From NCBI GenBank assembly GCA_964057225.1, contig OZ059896.1, forward strand, positions 2,728,001-2,792,000: DNA of 64,000 nt, given 5' to 3'. This DNA comes from Auanema rhodensis. Taxonomy: Eukaryota > Animalia > Nematoda. Under the pieces are notes generated by a model. The model was given only the letters and a program-made list of their open reading frames with translations. It was not told where the DNA came from and did no database searches. The position numbers and the translations under genes were made by a program. This document shows positions 54,043 to 64,000 of this stretch, one piece after another. How positions within the stretch are numbered: position 1 is the first letter of the stretch; the number at the start of each line of letters is the position of its first letter.

Positions 54043-57000
54043 CGTGTACATTTAATTAGCATAAATTAAAGTTCACGTAAATTTCAAAGTCATGGTTACC
54101 ATGCACCAATATCAATAAAAATTTGTTTTTAGAATAATATGGACATGGGGAATCTAATTTTGAAAACCGCATCTCTTTATCTTTCACGTGAAGCGAGTTA
54201 CATACCAAGTGCACATCACGTGTACACTTAATTAGCATAAATTAATGTTCACGTAAATTTCAAAGTCATGGTTACCATGCACCAATATCAATAAAAATTT
54301 GTTTTTAGACTAATATGGACATGGGGAATCTAATTTTGAAAACCGCATCTCTTTATCTTTCAAGTGAAGCGAGTTACATACCAAGTGCACATCACGTGTA
54401 CATTTAATTAGCATAAATTAAAGTTCACGTAAATTTCAAAGTCATGGTTACCATGCACCAATATCAATAAAAATTTGTTTTTAGACTAATATGGACATGG
54501 GGAATCTAATTTTGAAAATCGCATCTCTTTATCTTTCACGTGAAGCGAGTTACATACCAAGTGCACATCACGTGTACATTTAATTAGCATAAATTAAAGT
54601 TCACGTAAATTTCAAAGTCATGGTTACCATGAACCAATATCAATAAAAATTTGTTTTTAGACTAATACGGACATGGGGAATCTAATTTTGAAAACCGCAT
54701 CTCTTTATCTTTTACGTGAAGCGAGTTACATACCAAGTGCACATACGTGTACATTTAATTAGCATAAATTAAAGTTCACGTAAATTTCAAAGTCATGGTT
54801 ACCATGCACCAATATCAATAAAAATTTGTTTTTAGACTAATATGGACATGGGGAATCTAATTTTGAAAATCGCATCTCTTTATCTTTCACGTGAAGCGAG
54901 TTACATACCAAGTGCACATCACGTGTACATTTAATTAGCATAAATTAAAGTTCACGTAAATTTCAAAGTCATGGTTACCATGAACCAATATCAATAAAAA
55001 TTTGTTTTTAGAATAATATGGACATGGGGAATCTAATTTTGAAAACCGCATCTCTTTATCTTTCACGTGAAGCGAGTTACATACCAAGTGCACATCACGT
55101 GTACACTTAATTAGCATAAATTAATGTTCACGTAAATTTCAAAGTCATGGTTACCATGCACCAATATCAATAAAAATTTGTTTTTAGACTAATATGGACA
55201 TGGGGAATCTAATTTTGAAAACCGCATCTCTTTATCTTTCAAGTGAAGCGAGTTACATACCAAGTGCACATCACGTGTACATTTAATTAGCATAAATTAA
55301 AGTTCACGTAAATTTCAAAGTCATGGTTACCATGCACCAATATCAATAAAAATTTGTTTTTAGACTAATATGGACATGGGGAATCTAATTTTGAAAATCG
55401 CATCTCTTTATCTTTCACGTGAAGCGAGTTACATACCAAGTGCACATCACGTGTACATTTAATTAGCATAAATTAAAGTTCACGTAAATTTCAAAGTCAT
55501 GGTTACCATGAACCAATATCAATAAAAATTTGTTTTTAGACTAATACGGACATGGGGAATCTAATTTTGAAAACCGCATCTCTTTATCTTTTACGTGAAG
55601 CGAGTTACATACCAAGTGCACATACGTGTACATTTAATTAGCATAAATTAAAGTTCACGTAAATTTCAAAGTCATGGTTACCATGCACCAATATCAATAA
55701 AAATTTGTTTTTAGACTAATATGGACATGGGGAATCTAATTTTGAAAATCGCATCTCTTTATCTTTCACGTGAAGCGAGTTACATACCAAGTGCACATCA
55801 CGTGTACATTTAATTAGCATAAATTAAAGTTCACGTAAATTTCAAAGTCATGGTTACCATGAACCAATATCAATAAAAATTTGTTTTTAGACTAATACGG
55901 ACATGGGGAATCTAATTTTGAAAACCGCATCTCTTTATCTTTTACGTGAAGCGAGTTACATACCAAGTGCACATCACGTGTACATTTAATTAGCATAAAT
56001 TAAAGTTCACGTAAATTTCAAAGTCATGGTTACCATGAACCAATATCAATAAAAATTTGTTTTTAGACTAATATGGACATGGGGAATCTAATTTTGAAAA
56101 CCGCATCTCTTTATCTTTCACGTGAAGCGAGTTACATACCAAGTGCACATCACGTGTACATTTAATTAGCATAAATTAAAGTTCACGTAAATTTCAAAGT
56201 CATGGTTACCATGCACCAATATTAATAAAAATTTGTTTTTAGACTAATATGGACATGGGGAATCTAATTTTGAAAACCGCATCTCTTTATCTTTCACGTG
56301 AAGCGAGTTACATACCAAGTGCACATCACGTGTACATTTAATTAGCATAAATTAAAGTTCACGTAAATTTCAAAGTCATGGTTACCATGCACCAATATCA
56401 ATAAAAATTTGTTTTTAGACTAATATGGACATGGAGAATCTAATTTTGAAAACCGCATCTCTTTATCTTTCACGTGAAGCGAGTTACATACCAAGTGCAC
56501 ATCACGTGTACATTTAATTAGCATAAATTAAAGTTCACGTAAATTTCAAAGTCATGGTTACCATGCACCAATATCAATAAAAATTTGTTTTTAGAATAAT
56601 ATGGACATGGGGAATCTAATTTTGAAAACCGCATCTCTTTATCTTTCACGTGAAGCGAGTTACATACCAAGTGCACATCACGTGTACACTTAATTAGCAT
56701 AAATTAATGTTCACGTAAATTTCAAAGTCATGGTTACCATGCACCAATATCAATAAAAATTTGTTTTTAGACTAATATGGACATGGGGAATCTAATTTTG
56801 AAAACCGCATCTCTTTATCTTTCAAGTGAAGCGAGTTACATACCAAGTGCACATCACGTGTACATTTAATTAGCATAAATTAAAGTTCACGTAAATTTCA
56901 AAGTCATGGTTACCATGCACCAATATCAATAAAAATTTGTTTTTAGACTAATATGGACATGGGGAATCTAATTTTGAAAATCGCATCTCTTTATCTTTCA

Positions 57001-60000
57001 CGTGAAGCGAGTTACATACCAAGTGCACATCACGTGTACATTTAATTAGCATAAATTAAAGTTCACGTAAATTTCAAAGTCATGGTTACCATGAACCAAT
57101 ATCAATAAAAATTTGTTTTTAGACTAATACGGACATGGGGAATCTAATTTTGAAAACCGCATCTCTTTATCTTTTACGTGAAGCGAGTTACATACCAAGT
57201 GCACATACGTGTACATTTAATTAGCATAAATTAAAGTTCACGTAAATTTCAAAGTCATGGTTACCATGCACCAATATCAATAAAAATTTGTTTTTAGACT
57301 AATATGGACATGGGGAATCTAATTTTGAAAATCGCATCTCTTTATCTTTCACGTGAAGCGAGTTACATACCAAGTGCACATCACGTGTACATTTAATTAG
57401 CATAAATTAAAGTTCACGTAAATTTCAAAGTCATGGTTACCATGAACCAATATCAATAAAAATTTGTTTTTAGAATAATATGGACATGGGGAATCTAATT
57501 TTGAAAACCGCATCTCTTTATCTTTCACGTGAAGCGAGTTACATACCAAGTGCACATCACGTGTACACTTAATTAGCATAAATTAATGTTCACGTAAATT
57601 TCAAAGTCATGGTTACCATGCACCAATATCAATAAAAATTTGTTTTTAGACTAATATGGACATGGGGAATCTAATTTTGAAAACCGCATCTCTTTATCTT
57701 TCAAGTGAAGCGAGTTACATACCAAGTGCACATCACGTGTACATTTAATTAGCATAAATTAAAGTTCACGTAAATTTCAAAGTCATGGTTACCATGCACC
57801 AATATCAATAAAAATTTGTTTTTAGACTAATATGGACATGGGGAATCTAATTTTGAAAATCGCATCTCTTTATCTTTCACGTGAAGCGAGTTACATACCA
57901 AGTGCACATCACGTGTACATTTAATTAGCATAAATTAAAGTTCACGTAAATTTCAAAGTCATGGTTACCATGAACCAATATCAATAAAAATTTGTTTTTA
58001 GACTAATACGGACATGGGGAATCTAATTTTGAAAACCGCATCTCTTTATCTTTTACGTGAAGCGAGTTACATACCAAGTGCACATACGTGTACATTTAAT
58101 TAGCATAAATTAAAGTTCACGTAAATTTCAAAGTCATGGTTACCATGCACCAATATTAATAAAAATTTGTTTTTAGACTAATATGGACATGGGGAATCTA
58201 ATTTTGAAAATCGCATCTCTTTATCTTTCACGTGAAGCGAGTTACATACCAAGTGCACATCACGTGTACATTTAATTAGCATAAATTAAAGTTCACGTAA
58301 ATTTCAAAGTCATGGTTACCATGAACCAATATCAATAAAAATTTGTTTTTAGACTAATATGGACATGGGGAATCTAATTTTGAAAACCGCATCTCTTTAT
58401 CTTTCACGTGAAGCGAGTTACATACCAAGTGCACATCACGTGTACATTTAATTAGCATAAATTAAAGTTCACGTAAATTTCAAAGTCATGGTTACCATGC
58501 ACCAATATTAATAAAAATTTGTTTTTAGACTAATATGGACATGAGGAATCTAATTTTGAAAACCGCATCTCTTTATCTTTCACGGGAAGCGAGTTACATA
58601 CCAAGTGCACATCACGTGTACATTTAATTAGCATAAATTAAAGTTCACGTAAATTTCAAAGTCATGGTTACCATGAACCAATATCAATAAAAATTTGTTT
58701 TTAGACTAATATGGACATGGGGAATCTAATTTTGAAAACCGCATCTCTTTATCTTTCACGTGAAGCGAGTTACATACCAAGTGCACATCACGTGTACATT
58801 TAATTAGCATAAATTAAAGTTCACGTAAATTTCAAAGTCATGGTTACCATGCACCAATATCAATAAAAATTTGTTTTTAGACTAATTTGAACATGGGGAA
58901 TCTAATTTTGAAAACCGCATCTCTTTATCTTTCAAGTGAAGCGAGTTACATACCAAGTGCACATCACGTGTACATTTAATTAGCATAAATTAAAGTTCAC
59001 GTAAATTTCAAAGTCATGGTTACCATGCACCAATATTAATAAAAATTTGTTTTTAGACTAATATGAACATGGGGAATCTAATTTTGAAAATCGCATCTCT
59101 TTATCTTTCACGTGAAGCGAGTTACATACCAAGTGCACATCACGTGTACATTTAATTAGCATAAATTAAAGTTCACGTAAATTTCAAAGTCATGGTTACC
59201 ATGAACCAATATCAATAAAAATTTGTTTTTAGACTAATATGGACATGGGGAATCTAATTTTGAAAACCGCATCTCTTTATCTTTCACGTGAAGCGAGTTA
59301 CATACCAAGTGCACATCACGTGTACATTTAATTAGCATAAATTAAAGTTCACGTAAATTTCAAAGTCATGGTTACCATGCACCAATATCAATAAAAATTT
59401 GTTTTTAGACTAATATGGACATGGGGAATCTAATTTTGAAAATCGCATCTCTTTATCTTTCACGTGAAGCGAGTTACATACCAAGTGCACATCACGTGTA
59501 CATTTAATTAGCATAAATTAAAGTTCACGTAAATTTCAAAGTCATGGTTACCATGAACCAATATCAATAAAAATTTGTTTTTAGACTAATATGGACATGG
59601 GGAATCTAATTTTGAGAACCGCATCTCTTTATCTTTCACGTGAAGCGAGTTACATACCAAGTGCACATCACGTGTACATTTAATTAGCATAAATTAAAGT
59701 TCACGTAAATTTCAAAGTCATGGTTACCATGAACCAATATCAATAAAAATTTGTTTTTAGACTAATATGGACATGGGGAATCTAATTTTGAAAACCGCAT
59801 CTCTTTATCTTTCACGTGAAGCGAGTTACATACCAAGTGCACATCACGTGTACATTTAATTAGCATAAATTAAAGTTCACGTAAATTTCAAAGTCATGGT
59901 TACCATGCACCAATATCAATAAAAATTTGTTTTTAGACTAATATGGACATGGGGAATCTAATTTTGAAAACCGCATCTCTTTATCTTTCAAGTGAAGCGA

Positions 60001-63000
60001 GTTACATACCAAGTGCACATCACGTGTACATTTAATTAGCATAAATTAAAGTTCACGTAAATTTCAAAGTCATGGTTACCATGCACCAATATCAATAAAA
60101 ATTTGTTTTTAGACTAATATGGACATGGGGAATCTAATTTTGAAAATCGCATCTCTTTATCTTTCACGTGAAGCGAGTTACATACCAAGTGCACATCACG
60201 TGTACATTTAATTAGCATAAATTAAAGTTCACGTAAATTTCAAAGTCATGGTTACCATGCACCAATATCAATAAAAATTTGTTTTTAGACTAATATGGAC
60301 ATGGGGAATCTAATTTTGAAAACCGCATCTCTTTATCTTTCACGTGAAGCGAGTTACATACCAAGTGCACATCACGTGTACATTTAATTAGCATAAATTA
60401 AAGTTCACGTAAATTTCAAAGTCATGGTTACCATGCACCAATATCAATAAAAATTTGTTTTTAGACTAATATGGACATGGGGAATCTAATTTTGAAAACC
60501 GCATCTCTTTATCTTTCAAGTGAAGCGAGTTACATACCAAGTGCACATCACGTGTACATTTAATTAGCATAAATTAAAGTTCACGTAAATTTCAAAGTCA
60601 TGGTTACCATGCACCAATATCAATAAAAATTTGTTTTTAGACTAATATGGACATGGGGAATCTAATTTTGAAAATCGCATCTCTTTATCTTTCACGTGAA
60701 GCGAGTTACATACCAAGTGCACATCACGTGTACATTTAATTAGCATAAATTAAAGTTCACGTAAATTTCAAAGTCATGGTTACCATGCACCAATATCAAT
60801 AAAAATTTGTTTTTAGACAAATATGGACATGGGGAATCTAATTTTGAAAATCGCATCTCTTTATCTTTCACGTGAAGCGAGTTACATACCAAGTGCACAT
60901 CACGTGTACATTTAATTAGCATAAATTAAAGTTCACGTAAATTTCAAAGTCATGGTTACCATGAACCAATATCAATAAAAATTTGTTTTGAAACTAATAT
61001 GGACATGGGGAATCTAATTTTGAAAATCGCATCTCTTTATCTTTCACGTGAAGCGAGTTACATACCAAGTGCACATCACGTGTACATTTAATTAGCATAA
61101 ATTAAAGTTCACGTAAATTTCAAAGTCATGGTTACCATGAACCAATATCAATAAAAATTTGTTTTAAACTAATATGGACATGGGGAATCTAATTTTGAAA
61201 ACCGCATCTCTTTATCTTTCACGTGAAGCGAGTTACATACCAAGTGCACATCACGTGTACATTTAATTAGCATAAATTAAAGTTCACGTAAATTTCAAAG
61301 TCATGGTTACCATGCACCAATATCAATAAAAATTTGTTTTTAGACTAATTTGAACATGGGGAATCTAATTTTGAAAACCGCATCTCTTTATCTTTCAAGT
61401 GAAGCGAGTTACATACCAAGTGCACTTCACGTGTACATTTAATTAGCATAAATTAAAGTTCACGTAAATTTCAAAGTCATGGTTACCATGAACCAATATC
61501 AATAAAAATTTGTTTTTAAACTAATATGGACATGGGGAATCTAATTTTGAAAACCGCATCTCTTTATCTTTCACGTGAAGCGAGTTACATACCAAGTGCA
61601 CATCACGTGTACATTTAATTAGCATAAATTAAAGTTCACGTAAATTTCAAAGTCATGGTTACCATGCACCAATATCAGTAAAAATTTGTTTTTAAACTAA
61701 TATGGACATGGGGAATCTAATTTTGAAAACCGCATCTCTTTATCTTTCACGTGAAGCGAGTTACATACCTAGTGCACATCACGTGTACATTTAATTAGCA
61801 TAAATTAAAGTTCACGTAAATTTCAAAGTCATGGTTACCATGCACCAATATCAATAAAAATTTGTTTTTAAACTAATATGGACATGGGGAATCTAATTTT
61901 GAAAACCGCATCTCTTTATCTTTCACGTGAAGCGAGTTACATACCTAGTGCACATCACGTGTACATTTAATTAGCATAAATTAAAGTTCACGTAAATTTC
62001 AAAGTCATGGTTACCATGAACCAATATCAATAAAAATTTGTTTTTAAACTAATATGGACATGGGGAATCTAATTTTGAAAACCGCATCTCTTTATCTTTC
62101 ACGTGAAGCGAGTTACATACCTAGTGCACATCACGTGTACATTTAATTAGCATAAATTAAAGTTCACGTAAATTTCAAAGTCATGGTTACCATGAACCAA
62201 TATCAATAAAAATTTGTTTTTACACTAATTTGGACATGGGGAATCTAATTTTGAAAACCGCATCTCTTTATCTTTCAAGTGAAACGAGTTACATACCAAG
62301 TGCACATCACGTGTACATTTAATTAGCATAAATTAAAGTTCACGTAAATTTCAAAGACATGGTTACCATGAACCAATATCAATAAAAATTTGTTTTTAAA
62401 CTAATATGGACATGGGGAATCTAATTTTGAAAACCGTATCTCTTTATCTTTCACGTGAAGCGAGTTACATACCTAGTGCACATCACGTGTACATTTAATT
62501 AGCATAAATTAAAGTTCACGTAAATTTCAAAGTCATGGTTACCATGAACCAATATCAATAAAAATTTGTTTTTAAACTAATATGGACATGAGGAATCTAA
62601 TTTTGAAAACCGCATCTCTTTATCTTTCACGTGAAGCGAGTTACATACCTAGTGCACATCACGTGTACATTTAATTAGCATAAATTAAAGTTCACGTAAA
62701 TTTCAAAGTCATGGTTACCATGAACCAATATCAATAAAAATTTGTTTTTAGACTAATATGGACATGGGGAATCTAATTTTGAGAACCGCATCTCTTTATC
62801 TTTCACGTGAAGCGAGTTACATATAAAGTGCACATCACGTGTACATTTAATTAGCATAAATTAAAGTTCACGTAAATTTCAAAGTCATGGTTACCATGCA
62901 CCAATATCAATAAAAATTTGTTTTTAGACTAATATGGACATGGGGAATCTAATTTTGAAAATCGCATCTCTTTATCTTTCACGTGAAGCGAGTTACATAC

Positions 63001-64000
63001 CAAGTGCACATCACGTGTACATTTAATTAGCATAAATTAAAGTTCACGTAAATTTCAAAGTCATGGTTACCATGAACCAATATCAATAAAAATTTGTTTT
63101 TAGACTAATATGGACATGGGGAATCTAATTTTGAAAACCGCATCTCTTTATCTTTCACGTGAAGCGAGTTACATATAAAGTGCACATCACGTGTACATTT
63201 AATTAGCATAAATTAAAGTTCACGTAAATTTCAAAGTCATGGTTACCATGCACCAATATCAATAAAAATTTGTTTTTAAACTAATATGGACATGGGGAAT
63301 CTAATTTTGAGAACCGTATCTCTTTATCTTTCACGTGAAGCGAGTTACATACCTAGTGCACATCACGTGTACATTTAATTAGCATAAATTAAAGTTCACG
63401 TAAATTTCAAAGTCATGGTTACCATGCACCAATATTAATAAAAATTTGTTTTTAGATTAATATGGACATGGGGAATCTAATTTTGAAAACCGCATCTCTT
63501 TATCTTTCACGTGAAGCGAGTTACATACCAAGTGCACATCACGTGTACACTTAATTAGCATAAATTAAAGTTCACGTAAATTTCAAAGTCATGGTTACCA
63601 TGCACCAATATCAATAAAAATTTGTTTTTAAACTAATATGGACATGGGGAATCTAATTTTGAAAACCGTATCTCTTTATCTTTCACGTGAAGCGAGTTAC
63701 ATACCTAGTGCACATCACGTGTACATTTAATTAGCATAAATTAAAGTTCACGTAAATTTCAAAGTCATGGTTACCATGCACCAATATCAATAAAAATTTG
63801 TTTTTAGACTAATATGGACATGGGGAATCTAATTTTGAAAACCGCATCTCTTTATCTTTCACGTGAAGCGAGTTACATATAAAGTGCACATCACGTGTAC
63901 ATTTAATTAGCATAAATTAAAGTTCACGTAAATTTCAAAGTCATGGTTACCATGCACCAATATCAATAAAAATTTGTTTTTAAACTAATATGGACATGGG
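54042..64000. repeat. 176-bp satellite array, right arm (about 56 monomers, continues beyond window end)
   Basis: Resumes at monomer position 161 (ACGTGTACATTTAATT) in the same orientation; first full monomer starts at 54058. Confidence 0.99.
54058..58277. repeat. Nested higher-order repeats: 5-mer (879 bp) pairs repeated with a 14-mer (2462 bp) period
   Basis: AGAATAAT monomers at 54058, 54937, 56520 and 57399, each followed by TTAATGTTC, AAAATCG and AATACGG/TTTTACG/CATACG (1-bp deletion) monomers. Confidence 0.9.

Noticed and set aside
37651-60922. Eight near-identical 60-aa minus-strand ORFs (MLIKCTRDV...)
   Set aside because: They appear only where a satellite point variant removes the stop in GACTAA; non-ATG start and no coding signal. 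Useful only as duplication markers.

Overview
Eukaryotic satellite DNA, not a prokaryotic locus. About 92% of the window is a head-to-tail, single-orientation array of a 176-bp, ~32% GC monomer (about 279 copies left and 56 right of an insertion), with variant domains and nested higher-order duplications. One full-length ~4.9-kb non-LTR retrotransposon (CR1-like LINE, + strand, ~49146-54042) interrupts it. The LINE has several unusual features: (1) its 5' end is 15 tandem copies of an 18-bp unit whose junctions rebuild an Inr (TCATTC), and the last Inr has a DPE consensus (GGTCGT) exactly at +28; (2) ORF2 (APE-RT) is open from 50675, about 580 nt upstream of the ORF-track call, has no AUG before the endonuclease, overlaps ORF1 in the +1 frame, and ORF1 ends in the +1 frameshift motif UUU_CGU_UAA; (3) the 3' UTR holds a compact four-helix RNA structure; (4) it ends at AATAAA with no tail, and is flanked by an apparent 62-69 bp target duplication; (5) the RT PQG motif reads PQD. 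The host cannot be named from the sequence; an invertebrate is plausible.
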